Shown here piece after piece: positions 49,744 to 64,000 of a DNA stretch of 64,000 nt. Numbering within the stretch: position 1 is the stretch's first letter; each line of letters starts with the position of its first letter. The notes under the pieces are model-generated. The model saw only the letters and a program-made list of their open reading frames with translations, made no database searches and was not told the DNA's origin. The DNA comes from Paramecium tetraurelia (Eukaryota), in contig CT868029.1 in NCBI GenBank assembly GCA_000165425.1, positions 124,001 through 188,000 on the forward strand, given 5' to 3'. A program made the position numbers and the translations under genes.

Positions 49744-52216
49744 TCATTTCATAGCTGAGCGATTGCTTTTATGTATTGTTGTCCTACTGTCTCCTAGCAA
49801 CTCTGATTCGGTCTCATAAATTATATCAGTTCTATTTATGTTCGTGCTTTTTCTACTCTAACTCACTCTAGAATCCCTATTTAACTAGAACTTCTCAGAC
49901 AAAGAATATAATCTATCAGCCAACGATTATATATCATTTTTCAATTTGCTTTGTTCCGGCTACTAACCCCCCTATTAGGAATGATTTTCATTAGATTTAC
50001 TTCTGTACTCCTCCTAAACCTGAGTCGGTTTCTAAACTAAATTAGTTATGATTAATTTAATACTTTTCTAATCTTAAATTTTTTTAGCAAAATTTTTAGC
50101 ATCTCTCAAATTTGGCTTCTTGAGTAAAGGAGACTTGTTTTCATTATTAGAAAGCGTCGATAATCGATTAGATGTGGCCTTGAAATAGCTTTATTATTGC
50201 TTTTTTGGTTGCAATTGTTTTACATCCTTTTTTGGAGTTTTCTTATAGCTTTTAGGCAATGAGTCTTCTCTACTTTTATTATGTTAATTACTCCTCAATT
50301 CTACGAAAATCTTAACTAGCACTACTTCTATCTGATCTCAAAGTCTCTGTTGGTTGAGTAAATAAAGGCATTGCATCTATATTCAACTATTAAAATGAGT
50401 TCCTTCTTTATTTTTCTATCTAAGTATTAAGTAATTTAATTACTTTGATTTCCTATAAACATTACTATATTTAATGTTCTAAGTTTTAAAGATCTTCTAA
50501 ACTAAATTTTTTGAAATTTGGTTATCCCTCATAGCACGAAAGTCTATTTAGGGCATTTTAAGATAGTTTTTCAAATTTCTCATTTTACAATTTTAATTCT
50601 TTTATTTATTATTCCATTTCTTTGTGGGAATTGAAATAAGTAAGAATCTATTCATTAGATTTCTATAATCTTTTATGAAGTTCTGTACAATTCTTTTCTA
50701 AAAGTACATTCTTTTCCATTTCTTATTGTAGTTATGAATTTAATTCTTGGGTTTTCTCCAATAGGGATACATCAGTTTCATTGAATTGACTTACTGATGG
50801 CTTTGAAACTAATTAAATTTCCGATTATTTAAAATTTGTTAAGATTTCTGAACCATTTTATGTTTGTATTTGCTATTTTAATGAGTCAATAATCTTTTAT
50901 TAATCTTAAATGATCTTTTCATTTTGTTTGTTTTTTTGGATTAACTAATTTAATTTTTATTAATTATTAGAATAGGAAGCATCAAAATTTACATTCTATT
51001 CAATTTTAGATTCAACCAATTTTGCACTTGTGCCAAATCTCAGAGTAGATTGTGTTTGGTCATATTAACTCAATCCAGGGTTAATACTCAAAAGAATCAA
51101 GGTTTTGAAGTTCCCTGTGAGTGAAGATCTAGAGAAAATACAATAGATTAGATACTTTAATAGTTTAGTTAATGTTGAGTTACGATAGGGGATGTGTTGA
51201 GGTGGAACCTTTTAAGTTTTTAATGCAATAACTCTTGTTAAAAAGAACAAACTCTTATTGATTGCAGAGCTCTCTTTATTTCTATCCTTCCTATTGGAAT
51301 TTCTAGTGATATCATCTGAAATTGGACTCGATGTTATTTTTTCACTGCCTGCTAAATCAATAAAGTTGATGCATGCTTCAGTGGAAAAAGTAAAGTTTTC
51401 CTCTTCTTCGGACTCATTGGAGTAAGCACTAATGAGCACTTTGAAGATTGTGTGGCTTCTGCTGCTTTGGTGATTCAATATGGTTTCTGCATAATGTCTA
51501 TTTTTTTCTCCCTTTGAAATGCATGCAATCACATCTTCAATGGAGGTAACATTGAATTCTTTGATATTTTTGATGACAAATTCCTTATTTAAATTAGGGG
51601 ATAATTTACCTTACGATAATCAGTTCCAAAAATGAGGGGTTCAGATAACTCATTTTCTTCACGTAACAGATCATAAATAAACTCATTGTAGATTTCATAA
51701 TAACTACATTTAATTTCGAACTATCTCTTTTCATCCTAGTGATATAGAAGTAGCATATACAATATTAATCTGTTTAAAAAGTTCCATCATTGAGTAGATC
51801 AAAATTCCCACATCGTTGTATTGATTATTTGCAAAACTATCTTTGATTAATTACTAGATGTTGCTATTGTTGTTTTGGAGCATCTCCTAATTCCTCTTTC
51901 CTAACATTGTAAAGGTTTTGCCTGACCCTGTCTATCCATACATGATGACAGTCCCATTGATGCCATCTAAAGATTGCATAATTACTTGTTTGACAGAAGT
52001 TGAAAACAAAAAATAGTTGTCAGCTTGTTGACCATAGCAATGATTGAATTCGTAAATCAAACTATTGACTACTTTTTTTTAAGCAATCAATTCCTTTAAG
52101 CAAATTTTATTGAGTTAAATTTTTTAGTCATTGGCATCCCAAGCTATTATTTCGTTGTCATTAATTTCTTTTTGGTTGAGTGGTCGTATTCTTAAGCATA
52201 CGCTAATTTTTTCCAT
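49744..52216 (-). CDS. N-terminal kinesin motor protein with coiled-coil tail (possibly kinesin-7/CENP-E-like)
   Basis: ISVCLRIRPLN, P-loop YGQTGSGKTFTM, NHQSSRSHTIF, FIDLAGSE, HIPYRNSTLT, STLRFG. Confidence 0.93.
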
Positions 52217-52360
52217 ACTAACAGATAATTATAAATATATTATTATCAAAATTGTTATAATTTCAACTCCAATATTAGGAAGCAAAATTGTTGTAATTAA
52301 ATTTGATATCACACAATCATAACTATTGGAAATTTATTTAATAAATTTTATTCTTTGTCT

Positions 52361-53290
<930 letters not shown>

Positions 53291-53323
53291 TCTTTAATTT
53301 AATAATATTTAATTTAATACTTT

Positions 53324-54672
53324 ATGGACTCGATCACATTCAAGTAAAAGGAGTCGAATTCTAAGTTGACTAACTTTGATAACATTGACGATTAAAATAA
53401 TAAAGTAGATATGGGAAATATTTAGAGAATTTGATCATGCTTACCACCTAAGTGGAGAGACTTACACTAGCGTTGAAAAAGAAAACTAATGAGGTCGAGA
53501 TTCTTTAAGGCTAAATTGATACTCAGAAATCAACCCAATATCCACAAGAGATGGAAGAATTGATAACAGTACTATTAATTTAAATTTTAGACAGTTGAAG
53601 AATAAACTAAAGAAATTGAAAAATGGGCTTAGAAATACTAGAATTTGCAACAATAATATTAGCAATTACATCAATCAAGTCTATAATTACAATAAAAAAA
53701 CTAGGAACTAGAATAAGTAGTCCAATTACTTAAAAATTCATCCTCATTAGAATTTAAATCAACTGAAAGTTAAATTCAATTTTATTTTGTTTAGGCCTTC
53801 CATCTAAGCGATTTTATTAATCTGAAATCAGTAGGAAAGAAAATAAGCTAGAAACTGATGATAATAAATTCATTTCTCAATCTAAACTATAATCCAAATA
53901 AGAGGAGATCAATTAATTGAAATTGCAATTGGGATAGCTAAAACAAGAACTTTTAGAAGAAAAGCAAATTCATAGAGAACTACTTGAAGCCGAAGAAGCC
54001 AGAGTTAGAGATTAAGAGAGAAAGAACTTGAATCAATATAAGTTGGAAACTAAAGAGCAATTAATATTATACAAAAATTAAATTCAAGCCTTATAAGATA
54101 TGTTAGATAACAAATAATCAATGCAAAAACATGATAACTTTGAAGAAAAGAATAGAGAACTTAATTTATAATTGTTAGAGAAGAATAAGAAAATAGAATT
54201 ATTGGAAAACCTAATTTCATAAAAGGATTCATAAATTAATTAATTGTAATAATAATTAGAGAGATATTAAAAGGAGTAAGTCTAATTAATTAAATAATAG
54301 TAATCATAAAAATAGCTTACACTTCCTTCCTCCTCTTCTACATATAGAATTGTTTCAACCTAACATTCTTCTCTTGATAATAATTACAGCTCTTTAGTAA
54401 ATCTCAACAAGCCTAACTCCATTTAAGATCAAATTAATTAAACTATGGCTTAAATAAATAGATCTATTCAGTAGGTTGATCAAATGAAATAGGCAAATAG
54501 TGTTAATCAAAAATTATTTTAGGAATAATTTAACACTAACAATCTACCTAGTTCCTTAAGGAGTTCGCAAATGCCATAAATGCAATCAAATTTAAGCATT
54601 CAAGATAAGATTAAAGCTTTAACCTCATTGACACAGTAGTAAAATAGTTAAAATTACAATAAATATATTTGA
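53324..54672 (+). CDS. Hypothetical Gln-rich coiled-coil protein
   Basis: NLIMLTTQVERLTLALKKKTNEVEIL followed by long E/K/Q heptads. Short introns; TGA at 54670-54672. Confidence 0.65.
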
Positions 54673-55514
54673 ATTGAATAATATAAGATATATCAATATA
54701 TATTTTAACTGAAATCCAATTACGTAATTGAATCCTTTAAATAATAATATTTTATATGAATATTCGAGAAATTAAATTTTAGATTCATCTTCAAAAGAAT
54801 TCATTTCTCATAAGCAAAAATTATCAGAAATATTATTTCAACTAGAAACATAATTTAGACTTACGAAAGCGTCACATTAAGATGAAGAAACAAAAGATGA
54901 ATAATTCACTAAGCGACTATAAATTTGAATGAAAAGACATAAAACAGGGTTAAAAGCCTTTTATCTATCAATTTTCTTAAAAACTGAATGAGGATATGTA
55001 GACTGACCAATACATCAAATAAATGCTATTATAAGCGGTTTATTGATTGTCGAATGCATTTAATTAAAAGATTTCTAGCATTTTCCTTTTGCTTAAAGAA
55101 TTAAATATTTTGAGTTTTTGATTTTTAATTATATTTAGTATATATATTGATTATATTTATATTGTTAATTTCTTATTAAACTCTAATTAAATTTAAAACG
55201 AAGTTTTCCATGTTATGTAATTTGTTGAATTTGTAATTGTTGGTCGATTTCCATTGAAAAATATAATTAATATACAAAAAGTTGTTAAATATTCATAAAA
55301 TTAAAGTTCAGCTTATTCCGTTCTTAGTTATAACTGAACTCATCTAATAAAATTGATTATATTTCATACATTAAGACAAGTTTATTCCGTAATCATTTTG
55401 AGATTCCTCAATTGGAAATTTCTTTTGATATTTTCGCTGAAATCTAGTAGTTTTCTTAACATTTGACATTATATAAGGGACAAGCAAAGATTGAATTAAT
55501 AATAATTAAATTAG

Positions 55515-55883
55515 ATGGATAGTATTAACACTTGTTTATTCTTATTGAATGAAAAAAATGAAAAAGAAAGTGAATGTACCAAGGATGAACTTAATGATTC
55601 CATTGATTTGTATGTAGACTCGAAGATTAGTGAAATTGAAAGACGAGTCGTGAGGTACTTACATGACTAGGGAATATAAACAAAAACTGATCCTGGATTG
55701 AAATAATAACGATATTGGAATCTAAGAAGGATTGAAAGTAACAAGTAATTAGAATAATTTTGGAGCCAACCAAAGTTATCATTAAATTCTTCTGTTAGTA
55801 GATTATTAAGTGGGAGAGAATCATCGTTAAGCACATACTTCCACAAGAGTGGAAGCTCCCTTTAAGCATTCCTAACTTCCTGA
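55515..55883 (+). CDS. Small hypothetical protein (122 aa)
   Basis: Intronless frame MDSINTCLFLL...SKISEIERRVVRYLHDQGIQTKTDPG...LQAFLTS-TGA. Confidence 0.65.
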
Positions 55884-56231
55884 GATAGAAAACAAAGAAG
55901 TTGAGTTAATTAAATGTTATTATAGATTATACGCTTTTAATAATTTAGTTAAAATTTATATTTTAAATAACTAATATGCATATACAAGTAATTTAATCGA
56001 ATAAAGATAGTAAATAAATTATTATTATAATTTCTCTGAATGCAAAAATATTTGATTACCACCAAAGTAAATTAATTATGATAGAGTATGAATAAGGAAT
56101 GATTTTTCTCAAGGAAATATTTTGGTTAAATAGATTAGTTACTCGGTTTCATAAATTTTAGATTTAGAAAGTTAATGAATAGAGGTAGTGTGATAGGCGT
56201 GAAATAATATCGATATTAAAATAATTACAAT

Positions 56232-57534
56232 TCAACGATTAATACAGCCAAGGGATATTAATATACGTTTAAATAAGGTTTATTGGGGTTACTCAGACAC
56301 TTGTTAAGGTTGCTGGAATACAAAGTGTTGGGATCTCTATTTCATGTCTTCCCATTCTTTATTAGTAGTCTTGCGTTCTGACAACACAGTTAATGAAGTT
56401 TATAAAGGAGATTGATTTTATTCGTCAATTAATAATGAGACACTTCGATAGGTTAGGTTTTCATTGAGAGGTGGGTGTTATTTGATTTTGGATAGCATCC
56501 ATCGATGACTAAGAATTCCTTGGATAGAGGGTCTATTGAAAGGGTTCTACTGAAGAATCATAGATATAAGAGACTTGCAATCTTCTGAAACGTACTCATC
56601 GTATTTGAGAGGGGATCCGGAAAGAATTGCTTAGCATTTTTCTTAGTCGTTCCTTCCAGTGAAAGGAGGTTTCCCTTGCACCATTTCATAGAGCAGAACA
56701 CCCAAACACCAGATATCGAGTTTGTAGTTAGTACTTTGAGATTTAATCATTTCAGGTGCCATGTATTCAATTGTGCCACAAAATGCTTTTTTCAAATTGC
56801 CCATTTCAGTCGACCAGCCAAAATCACAGATCTTGATATTTCCTTTGTTATCGAGCAAGAGATTTTCTGGCTAGAAAATAGGAAGGCTAAATAACCTTTA
56901 TATCTCTGTGAATAATCTTTTGTTTGTGTAGATAATCAATGCCAAGACAGGTTTAGTAAAGATAATGAGAAGCTTCATCTTCGGATAGATGACGCTGTTT
57001 CTTTATTTATTTGAACAAAGAACCACCTTCTGCATACTCCAGTACCAAGTATACATTGGTCTAAGGAAATTAATTTGCATATTACCTTATCTTCAAAATA
57101 ACTATCCAATTTAATTATGTTTGGATGGTTTAATTTACGTTAAATTTTTATTTCCCTCTTTAAATTGTCAACTGTGCAGTATTTAAACAGTTCTGCCTTT
57201 TTCATCTGCATACTATAACAAAAATCATCAGTACAGCCTTCATTGCCAGCAATTTGCCTGTTGATATCTCTTTAACTAGAGTGACCCAACCAAATGAACC
57301 TTATCCCAATGTCTATTGCATAGCTTAAAAGTCACTAATATCTCTGAAACACATGTACATTTATGATTTCTTTCGAATTGTGCTGGAAGATGCTTTGCTA
57401 CTAGATGCTGGTCTATTTGAACTAATTTTAATTTTGCGAGGTTACCAATTTGTTTCATGCTTGTTGGCTGAGACATTCAATCTCAAACTCTTACAATCAC
57501 AAGTAGTCTCTGAATAAGTTTTATTGGAGTTCAT
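56232..57534 (-). CDS. Ser/Thr protein kinase, Aurora-like
   Basis: [65 protein letters not shown]. Three introns. Confidence 0.92.
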
Positions 57535-57553
57535 TAATATAATAAATATATTA

Positions 57554-58944
57554 TCAAAATTGAATTTTAGTCTAAAAGCCAAAGTAACACAACATGATCT
57601 AGGCTACTATTAATTGCACGAATAGGAATTCCCACAACTGTTCATGCAAAAAGTCATAAACACTATAGGCCATAAACATCCCCCCAAGATGACGGCACAC
57701 TTATGATAATCCCAAAATCATCGTACGGTAATCCTTAGGTTATCGACCAAGTTACTGAGCTGATATCGGTGGTTATATTGTAATGGAACACTCCTTGTAT
57801 CAAACTAGCTATCAATAGCATCAAATCTGACTAAAAATAGATGTAACTCAACTTCAACAATTAACTAATTATGCAAATTGATTCTAAAATAACAGTAAAT
57901 TTACATGAAATTTGATAAACTTATTTCTAAGTATACAATCCAGTCATAAATTGATAGAAGGGTTTACTAAGAGCCCCAAAAAAGGACAGTAGCATAATAT
58001 CAATATACTTATTGCTGTTATCAGAGTTGAAATATTTCAAGTATGTCAAATTGCTCAAATTAATAATACAAGTACCTATAAAATAGAAACCCTTGGAGAG
58101 TTGAACAAATAAAGTACTTATAAATTTATTCATTAATTTTTGACAATTTGGTGAATAATTTTCTCAAGGTTGGTCTATGTACTTTTACCTAAAAGGTTTG
58201 AATAATTGAAATCTGTTCATTGGAGTTCTTACTAATTTATTATTTAATCAATATTATCATACTATTCCTCGTAATTTAACACTGAATTACTCTCAGCACA
58301 CTTTTCAATATATTTGATGTAAATATCAAATTCATTATCAAGGCATTCCTCCATCAGAGGAGGCAGATGAGAAAATTGTTTCAAGAATATCACTATTAAA
58401 CAAAATTCGGCAACGCAAATAAAGCGAAATAGAGAATACTCAAATCTCTTGCACACTAAGCCTATGAGACTGAAAACTATAGTTATCAAGTATCCAACGT
58501 TTACAGATATCTTTATGAGTTGAAATCTTATCATCTAAAGTCCCTGATTCATGTATCCATTTATGAGTGATTTAATAATGAAGGCAATCAAAACGATTAT
58601 ATCTTGTTGCATCTCCATATATAATACGCAAATCAAGACAATTTAAAATATCTAACAATAAAATTAATATCGCTGCACATATTTGTTCAAGGCCGCCAAT
58701 TGACCAACTGTATAACATGCAAAATATATTAAAAGTATTAATGGATTGTCATATACAAACATAGCAATGCAGCTGTCGAATATATGAATGATATGTCCAA
58801 AACCTATTGTATTTCAATCATGTTTATACAGATCGTAAAAAATAGTTTACGCTAGAAATCGCTCTGTGGAACTGCATTAATTTGATCCTGCAAATTCGAT
58901 AGGTGAATTGAAGCTGTCAATTTATCCTCCAACTCAATTATCAT
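57554..58944 (-). CDS. Multipass membrane protein with MFS-like 6+6 layout
   Basis: Two clusters of hydrophobic helices separated by a hydrophilic loop (HLPPLMEECLDNEFD...). No clear signature motif. Confidence 0.5.
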
Positions 58945-59014
58945 ATTATTATAATATAATTAATATAAACTGGTGATAGTAAATATCATTATTTTAAAAT
59001 TCATATGAAAATTA

Positions 59015-60137
59015 TCAAATTACTTAGTTATTATCTAATTTTGATGAAAACAACCTACTAATTATCTTTTTTTAAGGTGTTCTTTCTAAGAAATTTTTTG
59101 GTTTTCCTGAACCTCCCGTTGATTGAAATGTAAATTATTATTTAGTGCTTGATTAAGGTGATTGTAATGAAGGTAATTAATGAATTTGATCGCTCTGTTC
59201 TATATTCTTCAATTTCTAACCAAACTTGAATTACAATTATTAATCCTAATTATCCCTTAGGTGTTAAGCAGTTCTTGATTTCCTCGAAATATCCTCTTCA
59301 GGTAAATTAAAATTGATAAATTCATTAACAGGAGTGATCGTTTGTTTTGAAGAGCTAGTTCTCAAGGCAGTTTCTTACTGTGATTATTATCCATTTGATC
59401 CATAGCCTATGAATTGGTTAATGTTAATCTTTTAAATGGGAGGTTTGATTCGTGGCAGAAAGGCAGTCGAATTAGACTTCTGCATCTGTTCACTATTGAA
59501 ATGAGATTATCTACTGTCCAGGAGAGCCTTTTAATAGGAAGGATATTCGGGTTTAACATAATCTTCAGCTGCTTTTGTAGAATTGTACTTGGGAATTGGC
59601 TGTAGGTCTGCCATACTGATATTGAATTCCTTTTCAGTAGTTTTGGGAGTCTGAAAAAATCTGCCATTTGCACTTCTTTGGATGCCTGAGGCAACAGAAT
59701 TGTTTTGAGCTATGATTACTTACTCTGAATTAGATTTGGGTTGAGGTGGAGAGAAGGGTTTTATCGATGGAACTTTCATCAATTTGGGTGGAGAGCTAGT
59801 TAGGTAGCACTTCATACCCATATTTATGCATAACAGGGGTTATGTATTGATTCTATACAAATTACTTCGCCGATTTAGCGATACTCTCTTGTTAAGATGG
59901 TTATGAGGGTCTTTTCTGATTAACTTATTAACTTAACACATTCTTTTTTCCCTCAGAATTAATTTTGAAAGCTTGATCTTTTGTGTTTTTGAATGGGACT
60001 CTTTATAATTGCTTTTATTAATATTTTATAGTTTGGCCTAACGAACCCAATTATGGATTGAAGAATTGAGCTGTTTACTTCATCTCTTAATGCAAACGAT
60101 TATGCTCAAACGAAGATGAATCTTGATGATTAATCAT
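59015..60137 (-). CDS. Hypothetical low-complexity (S/P/Q/K-rich) protein
   Basis: Frame MINHQDSSSFEHNRL... stays open to TGA with one 22-nt intron. Confidence 0.65.
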
Positions 60138-60305
60138 TTGCTTTAAATAATAATTAATATATCAATAACTATTAGCATAATCCAAACTGGAAAACTTAAT
60201 GAAAACTCTCAATTTATTATATGTTATTCTTGAATGTAGTTTAATTTTTAATCTATTAATTTAAAATTGATATATATATATATAAACCACACAAACAACA
60301 ATCAA

Positions 60306-62910
60306 TCATGATCCAAATTTAAGTATAAAATATTGAAATTGCAATATCAATTAGTTCAAGATTTCTTAAATTGATTAAATGTTCATTTAAGGAGTTGTTA
60401 ATTTGATCTACAATTATGTTAATTAAGCAGCCATCCCTTTAATGAATTAATCCATTCCTGTTACAGGCTGTATTTACACTTATTAATTTTAAGTTAACAC
60501 TTATAAATCATTTCTTAATTTCACAATGTGCTCCTCAATCTTCTACAATCTATCCTCAGATTAAAAGTTTTATTATTATTAAGGTTGTTATTACTAAAAT
60601 TCTGCTAACTTGAGCCCTTTCTTTGCATCCTCATATTATTTTACCATAAATTCAGTTTATTAAATCAACTAATCCAATTTCTACAGAGCATCTTGTCCTG
60701 GCCTATTATTTTCAGCCAGTTAGGCAATGTTTTTACTCAAAGTTTGAAGTTATTGAGTAGAACTGTCAATGAATGCATTAAAATTCACCAATTTTGTTTA
60801 GTCTATGAATTACATGTCATTGAAGTATTAAATTACCTTTTCAAATATTAACACTACTCCTTGAGACATTTTTGCTAACTCAACCTAGTAAAGTTGTCCA
60901 ATTTGTTCCTTTAAATAATCATTAGTTGAATTTTAGACTATTTGTGTACACTTTTATTATAAATGTAATATTTACTTCTGGCTAAGATATTTATTGATTA
61001 GCCAACACTTTAAGATGACTGCCTATTCTATCATCTATCAATTACTCGAAATATGACTAATTAAAATTATCCATCAAAAAGTTTTCACATGTCTATTGAT
61101 ATAATTCCAGATTCTGGGTAACCATTTCTTCCATTCTAGTTTCTAATTAGCACAAATCCTATTTAAATTGTTGTTCTAATTTGAGTAATGCTTATTAATC
61201 ATTTTAGCCTTGCTTATCTAGTTCCGTCTTTACTTGGCTTTCAATCAAATCTTTGATGTCAAAAATGAATGTAATGTCTTCTATTAGATCTTTCTTCACA
61301 TCATTGCTTATCATTTAGAATTACTGCTATTGTTAACACTATTAAACTTTTGGGATGAGTTCATTTTCAATAATATTATTTGCTTTAACCAGTGGGTCAA
61401 TTTCACCACTATTATTCTATTGGTTATTGTTTTCCCATTATTATTACTTTTATAATTGCCTTACATCTTCTTCTTTTATATAGGGAGGTGGGATTAATTG
61501 AGATTATTGAATAATACTGGAGCCTTGCTTTTTTGAAGTATTTTAGTCATACAATTAAAGTAAGTTCTCTGGTAATACTGCACCAAGCACAAGATCACTA
61601 TAAAACCAGCACAAATCAATTTTATCCCTCTTCTCAGATTATAATCCAAAAATATAAGGCAATTCATGATCTGTGAATTCTAAGACTTGATTTTAGAAAT
61701 CCTTAAATCCTTATTAAAATTCTAAATATTCTTGCTCTGATTAGCAGTTATTTCCACCATGTAAGAACTTTTGGTTTTATTCAGGTGGTATTATGAATTA
61801 TATAAAGAATGAAGATGTTGATCTTTCCTTAACAAACTTTTTGATATGTTTAATTTTGCTCTATTCTTTCTTCTAAATCTAAATTGAATGATAATTAATT
61901 TAAATACTTGAGATTGATTCAATTGAGCCACATAAATCTGTACTGCCATTTCTTATGTCTGATATAGAATGAAAAGAAAGTTTTACGTTGAATCTATTTG
62001 AAAATCAATTAATTCTACTTCTTATTTGCTTTAAATAGATTAGATATAAAGTACCTTGAACTAAATTTAAATTTGACAGATTCATTTGGCAAAAGGCTTG
62101 AAGTATGTAAATCTTCTTTTTCGAAAGTCCAAAATATGATCCTTTTTTCTAATGTAATTGTAAATAGAGCAATTTAATTGTTGAGTTCAAACAATTAAAA
62201 CCTCAAGGGCTCTGATTCTGTATATTTAAGATTATGTTCATTGATGATTTATAATGTTTTTGAATTGAGAACTTACAATTTTGAATCTTGAGTAAGTATA
62301 AATATGTATTTTAAACATTTTGTAACAATCACTTATTTAGCTGCTTGTTTCAATTACGATTTGATTATTTTATTGTCTAATTGAAGTAGATATATTTATG
62401 TATTATCAATCAATATTGCACCTATCTATTGTGAACAATATAATTTAGGTTATTACAATCCTTCAATTTTGAGTTCAGTTGCCAAAGAAAATTGATATTG
62501 GCAATCAATTTTGAAAAATTAAATATTCTCATTATTTTGGATAATTATTAGATAATATGTATGCGCAAAATACACAAGGACGAAATCCGATATATCTTTA
62601 TCTGAATTCAGATAGTATTTTTCAGAGCTATTGATACATGATACTAAGTAGAGACACTTAGAAGATTTTTTGCATACAAACAGATAATCCAAACTCTTGA
62701 TTTCTAATGCATGATAATTTTCAACATCAGATACATCAACAGTCTCTTAATCTAATATTGTATTTTAATTAGAAGCACAAGTGTACCTATCATTCGAATC
62801 AGAATTTACTTGTAATGATTGATGCTTGAAGACATAAAAGTGGATAAATAAATAATATTTAATATATTTATCAATTATATTAAATAACTTTGAATATATT
62901 CCTAATTCAT
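60306..62910 (-). CDS. Hypothetical membrane protein: N-terminal beta-rich region, one internal TM helix, C-terminal coiled coil
   Basis: Continuous frame with short introns; TM helix INLICAGFIVILCLVQYY near 61570-61620. Start is 62910 or 62835. Confidence 0.6.
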
Positions 62911-62999
62911 AGTAAATCAAAATGATTGTTATAGATTAACCTTAACTCAAATATTATATAATTGAAATATAGTTATTGTGACATAATATATTGTAGTAA

Positions 63000-64000
63000 T
63001 CAGAATAAAAACTTCTCTAACACCTAACTCTATATCAATAGCATCTCCATTATTTCGAATTAATTTTTTTGTGCTATTAAATATTCTTAAGAACAGTTTT
63101 TTTTGCTGGCATTATATTACTGCGTCCTGGACTTCGGTATACCATACAAACTTCCAGTCTAATTAGTAGATTAACTTTGAGACATTGATTCTTGTCCAAA
63201 ATTTGATTCTTGTCCAAAATTAGATAACAAATTCTCTGAAAAATTAGCGATTGCATTCAATTTGGCATTAAGAGTATTCTCAGAATAGAATAACTCTTTT
63301 TATAATTAAATCAAGTCATTAGCCACAGATTCAGGTTTAAAATTTACGATTCTATCCACAAGGCTTTTGTATTATTTGCCAAAATACAAAGCGTCCCCTA
63401 ACAAATGATTCTAATATAAATAATTCTATTTACAATATTGACTTAGTTTTCTCTTAGTTCATTTCTCAAATGACTAATTTCTTTCTCTTTAGCTTGTTGA
63501 ATTTAATTGAATTAAGCTTAGTAATAAGCAAATGTCTCCTATTTGTAATTCTCAAATTAGTTTTGACTAACCTCTAAAGCATTCTTATATAATTTAAATA
63601 ATGTTATACCTCAAGTTGTTACAAATTCGATTTCAATTCAATATTTTCATTTTCATATTCTTGAAAGACCGTATGATATTTTTCTTTCTCTTCTTGATGA
63701 ATTAGATCTTTGGATTAGAGCACTTCTATAGATTATAATAATTTTTCAATCTAAATAATTAACCTATATATATTTACTTCTTGCTGTTTTAATTCTAATT
63801 CCTGCTTTAATGATGCAATTTAGCAATTTGAATCTTAGATCTAGACTTGTTATTATTTACTCGTATTCTATAAGGATGCAATTTATTCATTTAGTTTGTT
63901 CACTAGTTACTTTTTCTAATCTAATTCGTCTATTTAGAACCTAATGATTTTTTAAGAACCAGATATATTATTTTGTTATTTCTGATGACCAGATTTGTAC
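63000..64000 (-). CDS. 3' part of a coiled-coil protein (5' end outside the window)
   Basis: E/Q/K-rich frame ending EIMEMLLIQSQVLEKFLF-TGA at 63000-63002. Confidence 0.65.
63185..63221. repeat. Perfect 18-bp tandem duplication within a CDS (SNFGQE x2)
   Basis: ttgattcttgtccaaaat occurs twice in tandem and preserves the frame. Confidence 0.85.

Noticed and set aside
54756..54932. 58-aa plus-strand ORF
   Set aside because: AT-rich and motif-free, within a degenerate-looking gap; insufficient support.

Overview
AT-rich, gene-dense eukaryotic DNA from a ciliate macronuclear genome, most likely Paramecium. Long frames open only if TAA/TAG are read as Gln and TGA is the only stop, and the genes carry GT..AG introns of about 20-30 nt. 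The supplied standard-code ORF track therefore shows only fragments or antisense shadows. Re-translating by eye with the ciliate code gives about 32 genes: an SCP/NIF phosphatase, a PCD-like protein, a KDEL-tagged PDI-like protein, an ESCRT-III subunit, ribosomal protein eL42, a TTLL ligase, a BAH-PHD chromatin reader, a CK1-family protein, a hybrid histidine kinase, a stand-alone CENP-B/pogo HTH protein, a PAS-type multipass membrane protein, two four-domain cation channels, a GATase-fold protein, a kinesin, two Aurora-like kinases, an MFS-like protein and several hypothetical proteins or microproteins. Most notable are a four-domain channel with an all-Asp (D/D/D/D, CatSper-like) filter and an apparent +2 frameshift in domain IV, a neighbouring channel with an E/D/E/Q filter, a CK1 missing both Mg-binding residues, an EBS/SHL-like BAH-PHD protein, two further probable pseudo-enzymes, and an MGQCC microprotein. 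No rRNA, tRNA, CRISPR array, telomere or intact transposon was recognised. All gene models and family calls are manual and no database search was run.
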